Below, one piece after another: positions 25,212 to 36,390 of a DNA stretch of 64,000 nt. Location of the stretch: assembly GCA_964036045.1 (NCBI GenBank), contig OZ038378.1, positions 163,928,001-163,992,000 on the forward strand. The letters are read 5' to 3'. Below the pieces are notes generated by a model. It saw nothing but the letters and a program-made list of their open reading frames with translations, was not told the origin of the DNA and did no database searches. This stretch comes from Eutreptiella sp. 'Long Island Sound 2002' (lineage: Eukaryota; Protista; Euglenida). The translations under genes were made by a program, and so were the position numbers. Position 1 is the first letter of the stretch, and every line of letters begins with the position of its first letter.

Positions 25212-25293
25212 CGGCTGAAGAACATGGGAGAACGGGATGAGGCCGTCATCGTGAGGGAAATCAGGCACACAATGCAACACAGACAGCACCAAA

Positions 25294-25503
25294 CTGCAGC
25301 CGCCTGAAACTGGAAAAAACGGCCGAAAATAAGAAAAATGCAGCCACCCGAAACTGGCAAAAACGGCCGAAAATAATACAAATGCAGCCGCCCAAAAAAT
25401 TGTCAGAACAGCCAAAAATGATAAAAATGCAGCCGCCTAAAAAATGGCCCAAACGGCCGAAAACAATAAAGATGCAGCCACGCGAAAAAAAGCCAAAACG
25501 GCC
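25294..25503. repeat. Degenerate ~44-45-bp tandem array (core AAATGCAGCCGCC...AAACGGCCGAAAATAA), ~5 units; copy at 41438-41647
   Basis: TGCAGCC recurs at ~25295, 25339, 25383, 25428 and 25473. Confidence 0.85.
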
Positions 25504-26298
25504 CCCCATCAGCCCTACCAGAACCCCCCTCCCAAGCCCCCCCCCCCCCCCCCAAGGGGGCCTCCGGCCAATGGTTAGTGGGGGAGCAATGGTCGGTTCT
25601 GATAGACTGAATGTCCCCGCCATAGACACTTTCAGCCATTAGTCCAAAGGTTCACGTATTGATCACAGCACACAATGTGTCCCCTTCTTGGTTGGGGTGC
25701 TCCACTATCTATGTACACCTTTCCGTATGAAGTACAGTGGGTAAATGTTGAACATCTACGTGTTTGGTACATTAGGGCGTCCGTTCATTAGTTAGCGTCA
25801 CCCACCAACGGCAGGCTCTATGCTATTGCATGCTCTCCATTCTCGGGTGCAATGCATGGCACTCATTCGGCCTTCCCGTGCATGGAGGCTATTCAGCTTC
25901 AAAGGGAAGGTATTACATACAACTGGCACTTTGACAAACTTGATCGACCGCAGGTGGATTCGGAGTGTTTCTAGGAGAATCTCCTAGAGAGGTTTGCACC
26001 CACCACCCTCCCACAGTGCCGGTTAGTCTCTAACCTCTCGCTCTGCGGGTCTCTCTCTCTCCGACCTTTCACTCTGCGGGCCTCTCTCTCTCTGTGTTTC
26101 GTTCTCTTCACCCTCCCAAGGGGGTTTGTCCTTCTCCTTACCCTCCCAAGGGGGTTTCTCTTCCTCTTCACCCTTCCCACGGGTTTCTCTCTGTCCCTCT
26201 CTTCCCTGTGTCTCTACCTCGTCTTACCCCCCCCTCTGCTTGCCGGTTCAACTCAGGCATATCGCCGTTCGCATGACGGCGTGCTCAGCAACGTGTAA

Positions 26299-27075
26299 AG
26301 GAGAGCCTTAAGCGCAGTGCGCGTGCAGTGCGCGCGCAGTGCGCGCGCAGTGCAACTATTTGGGCGTCCGGCCGTACTAGAGACCCATACTTTGAGATAC
26401 TAGGGGCCCCTAGGGGCATCATGGTGACCTCTAGCGGAGGTTTTGACTTCTGATTCTGTCCCCCTTTGTTTGGGTGTGCCAAAGGTGATTGAGCAGATCT
26501 TGCGGTTCGGCAAGGGTAACCACTTACCAAGGGATGAAGAAAGTGTAATCATCCAGGATGGGCTTGATGGCCAACCATTCTCTGAAGGCGGCAGTAAAGC
26601 GCCAACACTGCAGCCTGCGATTGACCGTTTGCGCCGTGAGAAAAGAGAGAGAGAGGCCAAGAAACAAGCAAAACATGCGCAGCAGTTCCTAGAAAAGCGG
26701 CAACGCACACTGGATGCTTTTTGTGTTGCTGCGCCCCCTCGGGCCGATGTGGCTTCTTCCAGCTCCAATCTCCCTGAACCCTCTCAGTCCTCGCAACCCC
26801 CCGTGGCTACACAATCTCAACCCCAATCCGATTCTAACCGCAAGGGAAAGGAGAGAGCCCCTTCCTCACAACCGAAACCACGCATGTGGCAGTGGGGCAT
26901 CGTAAGGAACATGTGTGTGTTATGTTAAGGGAAGGTAGTTTGCAACTTTCTTGAGCTGGGGCAGTTTGGGTCACCTAATTCTAAGGGCGTTTCCAAGGGG
27001 TGTGCTTGGGGGCTCTTCGGGGGGAACATAGTCTAAAAGTAGCGCGCAGTGCGCGCGCAGTGCAAAGATTCCCCC
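26299..27075 (+). mobile_element. Non-autonomous TIR element, member C (~777 bp), opposite orientation to member B
   Basis: 26305-26400 and 26960-27075 are reverse complements of member B's two ends; absent at paralogous sites 43921-43940 and 63460-63480. Confidence 0.85.
26443..26928 (+). pseudogene. Cargo ORF of member C: charged helical segment plus S/P/Q-rich tail
   Basis: IDRLRREKREREAKKQAKHAQQFLEKRQRTLDAF...SSQPPVATQSQPQS; reads as a protein C-terminus. Confidence 0.5.
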
Positions 27076-27999
27076 TAACAGTGTCCCCTGTGACCGGGTT
27101 TGCCTGCCTGAAGAGTGTTTTCTGAAACAGACTTATCAGATCAGCTCGGCCCGTCAACCACACGTGCGGGCAGTCTCCATTCCTACTCACTGAGGATGGC
27201 ACCGCCCCGTGGCCCTCTGCCGTTGGGCAATGGATGATCACCTCCCATTGGAACAGGTGCCACTTGCCAGCACTCCTGGGCCGCCACTCAATCTGCATAT
27301 TTGTCAGGGCCCGAGTCTTCAGAGTCCAGTTGATTTGGACCATCACCGAGTAGAGTTCCTGGTCGTTCATCAGCAATGGTACCCCGTGATTGTCCACAAT
27401 TTCACAATTCCACAATTTCCTTGTGCTGTGAGGTTGATCCAGTCGAAGCCAAATTTGCTGGTCCTGTGCCCAGGCCATAGTGTCCAGCTCCGAGGTGATA
27501 ATCCTCAACCCTTCCTCCGCTATGGCGTCTAGCTGGTTCAGTGCTTGTACTTTGAGACGCTGACGTGCTTGCTGGGGCTTGATTTTCTTGGAAGCTAGGT
27601 TGACTTGACACGAACCAACCGACAAATCACACTTTTCAGAGCCGCGAGCGTCACTTGAAGAATGAAGTCAGTTTCATTAGCTTTTTTGTATTGGAAACAC
27701 TAGCAGAGCATGGGCCACATCTGCAGAAGCATCTGCATTAGCTCCATCAGCCCCTGTTACACGGGAAAATCACAGGTGGCATGAACCCGCCCAAAATGAG
27801 TAGCCCCCGCCCACCCCAAAATTAGCACCCCCCCGAAATTAGTACCCCCCCAGCCTTATTGAGCATTCTGCCGAAGTTAGTACCCTAGGGTGCTAAATTT
27901 TTTTTGGCGGGGGCTTAATTCACAAGAGTGGGCCACGACAGCACACTAGGAGCTACCCCCCCATTCAGTGTCCACTAGCAAGTATGAGGTAATACCATG

Positions 28000-28700
28000 G
28001 CTCATCCTCAACACCTTGCATGACCCTATGGATGCAACGCTTTGCAAAAACAGGGGGAGGGGGGGCGGTTGCCTGGGCATATGAGGGCAAAGCAAGCCAT
28101 GTGCCTAGCCTTGCTAGTGCACCAACATACGGATGGCGCCATGCTGCGTCGATTGGACATTGCCAAGAATACCCCAGTATGCTACACCCTTGCTTCCTCA
28201 GGGCTCTGCGTCTTTTGGGTGCCCACCACCACATCCACTCCCTGGTGCCCGCCACCTACCAAGGCGGCATTGGGGCCCAAGGCGATGTCAGATTTCCCTT
28301 ACAGCAAGGCATCAAAGAGGGATGCCTGCGGTCGCCACCAATGTTCGTACTTGTGCACCAGGCGTTTCACGCCACTCTAGCACACCAATTCGCTAACAAC
28401 ACCACCTTGGTGGATGTCGATGACGCTGCCATCATAACGCCCAAGTAGTGGGTCTGGAAACATGTCCAACAGTTATTGGTGGTGTCAGGCGTTCACAACA
28501 ACTGCTCCAAGAGGCAAATCTGTCGCTGGGCCCCCGCTACCTCGACGTCTTGGCCCGGCCCGGTGTGCAGAGCCGCACTTTGACACCCTGCATTGGCCTA
28601 CCCCCATCTGCAAAGGAAACCCGTGGCAAAAGATACGAGCCAGAGCCATGCAGCAGCACGCAGTGCACAGGCAGTGCAAACATATTTGCATCTGTCATCA
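28000..28700 (+). pseudogene. Decayed non-LTR RT (LINE-B head, copy 2)
   Basis: ORF 28020-28448 contains FPLQQGIKEGCLRSPPMF...LVDVDDAAII. Confidence 0.8.
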
Positions 28701-31700
28701 CTAGTCACTTTCATAGTTACAATATGACACATGATTTGAAAACGATATCTTAATTCGGCAGCGTGGTACTGCCTACATGCGACTTGACTGTCTGTCCTAT
28801 TTCCCAGTGCAACTGTGATCAAGCACTCCTTTGGCTCTCAGTATCGTGGGCGTCCACGGGGGCAAAGGAGCCATGTGACACGTGGGCAGCAGTCTGATAC
28901 CAGGTTCCAATGTCATCAACGATAAAAAATCTTGTGGGGGCAAAAGGAGTGGCAGCAGGAAGGTCAGGTTCTCAGGGTATGACCTGGCGAGCTGGGCGTG
29001 CTCAGAATAACCCGGCCAGCATGTGTCCCTAGTCATTGATCTGCAGCAAAAATGATTTTGGGCGCCGGCGCTCAACTGGTGGACAAGATGACTTATTGCA
29101 CTTTGGCATGAGACGCCTTGATATGCACATGGCATGAAACCTGTCACCACCCTCTTCACACCAATGAGGTATGCAACACATCCTGACCACAGGTGAGGGT
29201 CACCTGCTGACAGTGGAAATCAGAGAGACTGTGTGTGATATCACTTGCATCTTAGAGGGAATCCTTGCACTGCGCGCGCACTGCGCGCTACTTTTAGACT
29301 ATGTTCCCCCCGAAGAGCCCCTAGGCACGCCCCTTGGAAACACCGTTAGAATTAGGCAACCCAAACTGGACTGGAGGGGACCTTGAGGGGGACCTTCCCG
29401 GTTCTTGTGGCGGTGGTGAAGGACCAGGGGCCTTTGGGGGGGGACTTGACTGTGTATTGGGCGGCGGAGATGGAGGGCAGTCAGGTGGCGAGTCTGAACT
29501 TGGGATGGCAAAGGAGATGGACTCCATCTTGCATCGCCAATTCACCACTCTCAACCCATCTTGGTAGTATTCCAAGTGGAGGAGTCCATCTTCAGCCGTC
29601 CCAACCACTGTGGCAGGAGGTCACAGGCCATTGGAGCGGATGTAAAGCACCCTATCCCCAATACTGAGATCCATGGAGAAAGTGGGCCTGAGAAATGAGG
29701 AGGGAAGTATGATATCCTGTAGCAGGCACCCTCAAAGTGTATCACCATATCAATCAACCGAGAAAAAGAGTAGATGTGGTGGAAATGGGAAAAAATGTGT
29801 GCAAAAAAGTAGAAATGGGTGAAACAGGGTGAACATCCAAAAATGCCAGATCCCCAATGCAACAATGATGCCCAAAGTACCACAAAATATGGGTTTCTAC
29901 TACGGCCAAACGCTCAAATAGTTGCACTGCGCGCGCACTGCACGCGCACTGCGCTTAAGGCGCCCCCTTAGCTGGCTTGTTGCCCACTGATCTCCTGCAG
30001 TCCATTGGGCAGGGGTACAATGCGCTGAAAAATTCTGCAGCTGACTTCTGGTGACAAATTCTGGACCAATTAGACAAAAACGTTACGCGCTGGTGTGCTC
30101 CGTGCCAGAACGTGCTCACAAGTCACCACAAAGTGTTTGCATGGCACATGTTAGCACAGTGGGACCGTGGGGAATGCAAAGCGTGGTTCCTTTGGTTCTG
30201 ATACTGCATGGTACCCTCATCCCATGCGACTGGCCCAGGCATAAGAGGCCTTGGGCTTGATCTTGTTTGGAAAAAAAATGGCAGGAGCGGTGCTGTTGCG
30301 TACATTGTGATTTGCCATGCAGGCATTCAGGAGAAAATGAAATTCTTGCAGCAATGTCCACTTAGAATAGTACTGGCTGCCATCTTTGGAGAAAAAGGTT
30401 CTCTGGGGCCAAATGAAACCAGCCGCCAGACTGATACGGTGTCAAGTATCCAGCCAGCTAACCGCATCCTGGAGATACCATACAACATTTGATGCTAAAT
30501 GCTACTCTATCCAACATCTTTGGAGAAAAAGCTTCTCTGGGGATACCATACACCATTTGAGCTCATCCAAGGGGGTGGGCGGCAAAGCAATACTTACAAA
30601 AAAAAGAGCGGCACCGAGCAGGAACGTAAGAAGCGGTTCCGGAGGCTGCGAAAATGGAATGAGACATCCACATGGAAGATGGCTGCAAACATCGCTTGTT
30701 TGCTACCTTGTACTGCAGGACTGCTACAGTTGGGCTTCCAAAAGTGGGAACCTAGCACATTTTGGAAATACCAAGTCCTGGACCCAGACACCGAGCGACA
30801 CGCCACACAAACCAGGCATCATCAGCTTTGCTAAGGCTGTATGCTGAGGCCCAACTGGTGCAGGTGGGCCCGACGCCTTTCTGGCATGGCGATGCCTTTT
30901 ACGTGACAATGCACTAAAGATGCACTGACTGACTGACTGACTGACAACGCACTAAAGATTCGTGCCAGTTGACGTTTTGAGGGTGCAATCATGCAGCCTG
31001 CCACTGCCAGCACAGTCTGTGCGGAGATATCAATGGGTGTACTTGTGACGGGTGCTTGTTGCACAACCTCTACAAGCCCAAGGCTGTGCCCTTCATGCGA
31101 AATTGGAAATCAAATAGGACCACGGGACCTCCCAAGGCTAAAGGCTGCGCAATCGGCCTCAAACGACCGAAGGCTGTGCCATCAGTGGCCCAAAGCCGAA
31201 AGACTCAACCCATCAAAATCTGAACCAGCTGCTGACAGAGGGGGCGCTTTCGAACAGCGTGTGCACAGCGCCAATTATTACGTTGTTTATCCCCGGAACA
31301 CCCCTGAAAACCACCCACCTACAGAAGGATGCATGATCAATTCAAAACAGCACGGGGTGCACAATTCGGGACCCTGGGACCCGTGGCAAGCATCAGACAA
31401 GAAAAAAAATCCCTGGTGCACCAGCAGGGGGTGTAGGGTGCAGAATTCAGGAACCTGGGATCCCTGGCTACCGGTGGTGGGAAACTGCCGACTTTTCGTA
31501 CAGCGCGGGCACAGCGCACGGTGCGCCCCCAGAAGTAGCTGTGGCTCTCACTGCCGCAAGCACTGCACCATGACAATGATACTCTATCAAACGGAGGTGC
31601 ACGTGCCAACACAGGCAGGTGCGGTGCTAATTCTGCTCACAAAAACTGTGGCTATCAATGTCGTTACGCTCGCGTACTTTCGGTGGTTGTGCATGCTTGT

Positions 31701-33084
31701 GCACGCCCTAACCCTGGAAGCTACGCACCCTTGTGCACACTTGGGACTGACAACGCAGCAGCAGGGGCAGCAGTGACTGCAGTGAAAGCCAATCACCTTC
31801 TCAAGGGGCTGTCCTTATATGATAGTTGGCGCTGGTGCGAGTATAACCAGTGGCCCAAATGGCCAAAAGGCCCAACCCCCAAAACCAAAACCGGGTGCTG
31901 ACAGAAGTAGCTATTGCTATTGCTGCCGCAACCACTCCACCCTGACAACGCTACTCTACGCAAAGGAGGTGCATCTGCCCACTATGCAGGCATGCAGGCA
32001 GGTGCAAATTCTGGTTATAAGAACTGTGGATCGAAACGTCGTTGGGCACGCGTACTTTCTGTGGTTGTGCATGCTTGTGCACGCCTAACCCTGGAAGCTA
32101 CGTGCACACTTGGGACTGACAACACGGCAGCAGGGGCAGGAGGTCACTGTGGTGAAAGCCACACACTTTCTCCAGGGGTTCTTCTCATACAATCGCAGGT
32201 GCGGGTGGAATTTTTGTTGAAGCGCAACGTGTGCTTCAGCCCCCCTGCCATCCTGCATTGGGTAAATTCATTTGCTGACCAACGTGTGGACATGCCTCAG
32301 ATAAGGGCCCAAGTCTCTACTCCTGGATGACAGGGCTACCACAGTGCCCTGTGGTCCAGGCAACTTCTTCGTACTATGCTTGCTGCCAGAATATGTCAAG
32401 CTGCCACTGCACGCTCGCCTCGAAATTAAGATCAATCGTATACCACATTGATATGGCGCGAACATATGATGTTCGTTGGACAAAGGCGTGCATTGGACTT
32501 CAGAAACTGTGCCACATATGACCTCCTTTCCATAAAATCATGGCTAACCACAGAAGCCACCCAAAACTTAGGGTCTTAGACTCATACTCGGAGTATTCCT
32601 GAGATGAGCCAAAGCTCATCACCGGTGGCCTTGGCCACTGGTCGCTCACGTAACATGGATTGTTCTGAATATTGTTTGCTGTTGTAGGCAACATCTCAGT
32701 GCCAAAAAAAGGCTGCGCGCGACGCAGCCTGTGACTCGTGTGCATGCATGCATTAGTATGTCGACAGAATTCGATGTATAGAGCAGGTACAAGCAGTTAG
32801 GCGTACTGTCAATTTGTCAATCAAACAGCGAGACATTGCGCTGTGACCTACAGTTGTGCATGGATGCATTCAACGCGCATGCATGGACAGCAGACACATT
32901 GACCCGATACGCCCCTGGTCACGCCACAGACGGCCATGTGGCACACGATATGCTTCGGTCTGTACATGCATCTACTTTGTGTTTGCAAATGCTACCGAAA
33001 AAAGCGGGGAAAGCAGGATGAAACTGCGAAGCAAGGCTCCCATGCTCCAATCAAATCAACCACGGAAGCGCAGATTCGCGTATG
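28573..33084 (+). repeat. T unit T1' (long form)
   Basis: Retains the ~1.08-kb segment also present in T1. Confidence 0.9.
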
Positions 33085-33259
33085 CCACACTTTGACACCC
33101 TGCATTGGCCTACCCCCAGCTGTAAGGAAACCCGTGGCAAAAGATACGAGCCAGAGCCATGCAGCAGCACGCAGTGCACAGGCAGTGCAAACATATTTGC
33201 ATCTGTCATCACTAGTCGCTTTCATAGTTACAATATGACACATGATTTGAAAACGATAT

Positions 33260-35478
33260 GTTATTTTTTTTTTTTTTTGATCAAATGGGCCAGTTCATAA
33301 TGTGCCAAGGGCCACTGTGGGCCAAGTTCGATGCAGAGTTCAGATTTCGGCAAAGCCAGGGTGTGCATACGGGCTGCAGCTCATGACTGCGCCCCCATGG
33401 TTTCCCGTTGAGGTGGTTTTGGTCATGTCATTGGTATTTCCCACTCGTTTGGATCCCAGTGCGTTTTGTGGCGTTTTGGTAGTGGTTGTATCGGGACTTC
33501 CCACAAGGTGGGGTCCCAACGTTCCCGCGGCCGTTTCCGTATCAGGTATATCGCCTGTCGTGCTGGTCGGGTTGTTTGCCAGTATTATGTCGTCTTATGT
33601 TTGCAGGCGTCATGGTAGCACTGTGTCATGTTTGCCAAGTGTTTGTGCTGGTGCCACATGTAGAGTGCCTGCCGTAGGTGAAGGTCCAGCAGCTTCTCGG
33701 TGCCAGCGCACAGCCTCCGGTATCGTCCACAGATCAGCAGCAGCAGTTTTGCATCAGCATACCATATCCCTGTGTCGTATTTTGCTTGTTCATACCATTG
33801 CCTGCGTATTTGGCACAGGTGTTTGTGTGTGTCCTGCAGTCGCTGTGTGGTCATCTGGTCTTTGATCAGTTTTGTGACGAGCCTGTGATAGTCTGTTTTG
33901 GCCGTTAGTGTGTTGGTGTAGTGCGTGTGCAGGGTGCGTAAGTGTTGCCTTGCCACCGCAGCGGCGTGTGCCCTGTGGTATATGTCATGTGTTTGCTGTG
34001 CGTGTTCTTGTGCCAACCTGTCTGCTGTCTTTCTGTACTGTTCCCATCGTTGTGCGTCAACGCTGGGACGCTGACGTTTCTTGGTGGGTTCGTCTTGTGC
34101 TGTGTTAGTTGCTCGTATTCTTGCGAACCACGCCACTGCCTCATCGTCGTTTGCGCCGCGCGCATCGCGCATCCATTGGTCGGGGTCGATGGGTTCCGCC
34201 GTCGCGACCTCGGTCTTACGTTTGCGTTTCGTGCCGCTCCGCATGGGCGCCCCGACGTGGTTTCGTAGGTTTTGCGGCGTTTCGCGCAATGGAAGTGCCT
34301 GAGCGACGTATTTGGTCGGCCATAGGGGCGACGGTGGCTGGTGTGGTGTAGGGTCTGCGTATTTCCGTCGTAGAGTTTGGACGGACTGAATCATGCGAAA
34401 CTGGAAAAGGCCCACCTCTGTCCGAAGCTTATGCCGTTCTGTAGTGGGTATAGCATCGATGAGAGACAGTGGTACGAGCAGCCTGGCACAGAGCCAGAGT
34501 TCTTGGCTGTTGGCCGTTTGCTGCCATTGGTACGTGTATTGGGCCCAATCAGTCCAGCTCCTGCGCCACAGGTCCCAGAAATCGCTCCAGGCGGGACAGT
34601 AAGCCAGTCTCGACTGCACTGATGCTCCGTGTTGTTGGCCACACTGGGAGCAGAGGGTGGGTGTTCGTTCCCAGGGGGCACCTACTCCCCACCACCTTAC
34701 CTGCCCCCACAGCCAAGGTGTCCACGCGTTTCGTCTATAGTGTTTCATGGGGAGCCAGCTTACCCAGTGTACCTCAGGTGTTTGTTTTTGTCTACGCACT
34801 TGCATAATCCATGCCTTGGCAGGCGTGGGCATGATTTGTCCTGTGATGACAATATCATGGGGTTGTGGTTGTTGGGAGTCCATGGGTAGGTTGTCGCCCA
34901 TATTGGCAAGGACGTCGGAGTGGTTGTTCCCCTGTATGTCCTGGTAGTCTTTATACGTGGTGGCTTGTTCTAGGGTACGGTGTCCCGGTGTCCATCGTAT
35001 CGTCAGTCGTTTCGAGGAGGTGTTGAGATACCCTATGTCGCGGTAGTCTTGGTCCTTGACCACTCCTTTGCGTTTTATAGGTGTGGCTTTCACCACACTC
35101 TGGTTGTCTAGTATAATGTCGTCCCCTGGTTTGGCCATTTCAGAGGCCAATGCGCAAGCGATTGTCTCGGCCCAATACACCTGTTGAGGCCCGTGCACCC
35201 GGAAAGCCGCGCGGTAGGTCCCGTTGTAAATACCCCCTCCCGCTCGTCCGTGTCGTTTCGACCCGTCTGTGTACCACCGCCTGGTGGTGGGTTCTCCCGT
35301 GTAGTATACGGTGATCCCGTGGATCTTCTGCTGGTGGGGTAGCGCCTGACATACCTCGTGGGTTTCCTCAGAGGTGGGTCGTTTGGCGGGTTCATCCAGC
35401 CGTAGTCCAAACGGTTGGTTGCCGGCCGTGTCTTCCCTGCGTGTGTCTCTTGATCCTCCTCCGAGCTCTCCGAGTCGT
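33260..35478 (-). mobile_element. Young 5'-truncated non-LTR retrotransposon (LINE-C), 2219 bp
   Basis: 15-bp TSD ATTTGAAAACGATAT at 33245-33259 and 35479-35493; A15 tail (T at 33264-33278); empty site in other T units (e.g. near 15884, 19322, 48371). Confidence 0.95.
33585..35478 (-). CDS. C-terminal part of LINE ORF2: RNase H + Cys motif + long helical tail (no start codon)
   Basis: WYTDGS...YWAETIA...IILDNQ...RWTPGH...GNNHSDVLA (RNase H D-E-D-D), then CSQCGQQH...LAYCP; about 630 codons without a stop. Confidence 0.9.
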
Positions 35479-36169
35479 ATTTGAAAACGATATCTTAATT
35501 CGGCAGCGTGGTACTGCCTACATGCGACTTGACTGTCTGTCCTATTTCCCAGTGCAACTGTGATCAAGCACTCCTTTAGCTCTCAGTATCGTGGGCGTAA
35601 AGGAGCCATGTGACACGTGGGCAGCAGTCTGATACCAGGTTCCAATGTCATCAACGATAAAAAAGAACACAATCTTGTGGGGGCAAAAAGAGTGGCAGCA
35701 GGAAGGTCGGGTTCTCAGGGTATGACCTGGCGAGCTGGGCTTGCTCAGAATAACCCGGCCAGCATGTGTCCCTAGTCATTGATCTGCAGCAAAAATGATT
35801 TTGGGCGCCGGCGCTCAACTGGTGGACAAGATGACTTATTGCACTTTGGCATGAGACGCCTTGATATGCACATGGCATGAAACCTGTCACCACCCTCTTC
35901 ACACCAATGAGGTATGCAACACATCCTGACCACAGGTGAGGGTCACCTGCTGACAGTGGAAATCAGAGAGACTGTGTGTGATATCACTTGCATCTTAGAG
36001 GGAATCCTTGCACTGCGCGCTACTTTAGACTATGTTCCCCCCGAAGAGCCCCTAGGCACGCCCCTTGGAAACACCGTTAGAATTAGGCAACCCAAACTGG
36101 ACTGGAGGGAACCTTGAGGGGGACCTTCCCGGTTCTTGTGGCAGTGGTGAAGGACCAGGGGCCTTTGGG

Positions 36170-36390
36170 GGGGGACTTGACTGTGTATTGGGCGGCGGAG
36201 ATGGAGGGCAGTCAGGTGGCGAGTCTGAACTTGGGATGGCAAAGGAGATGGATTCCATCTTGCATCGCCAATTCACCACTCTCAACCCATCTTGGTAGTA
36301 TTCCAAGTGGAGGAGTCCATCTTCAGCCGTCCCAACCACCGTGGCAGGAGGTCGCAGGCCATTGGAGCGGGTGTAGAGCACCCTATCCCC
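36170..36390 (-). pseudogene. Cargo exon of member B: putative Tudor/SH3-like beta-barrel plus Pro/Ser-rich tail (representative copy)
   Basis: PLSIGDRVLYTRSNGLRPPATVVGTAEDGLLHLEYYQDGLRVVNWRCKMESISF, preceded by the pyrimidine-rich acceptor TTCCCTCCTCATTTCTCAG. Fold assignment is by pattern only. Confidence 0.5.

Larger units (their letters stand above)
10289..27607. repeat. Higher-order tandem super-unit S1 (~17.3 kb): head + T1,T2,T3 + X segment
   Basis: Marker ACACGAACCAACCGACAA at 10289, 27608 and 44459; the same ORF series recurs in each block. Confidence 0.92.
25650..27625 (-). mobile_element. LINE-A remnant, copy 1 (heavily deleted; interrupted by TIR member C)
   Basis: Colinear pieces of 41790-44476; only ~65 bp of RNase H remains (25926-25991). 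Confidence 0.6.

Noticed and set aside
24471-25307. 278-aa plus-strand ORF (three copies)
   Set aside because: Largely antisense to the bZIP-like frame; no motif; explained by antisense shadowing.
25294-25503. Repeat/variable-spacer array superficially like CRISPR
   Set aside because: Repeats are degenerate, the 'spacers' resemble each other, there are no cas genes and the context is eukaryotic.
35479-35567. N-terminal 30 aa of the 660-aa ORF (MITVALGN...)
   Set aside because: Comes from T-unit sequence beyond the TSD; chance in-frame fusion on the antisense strand of LINE-B.
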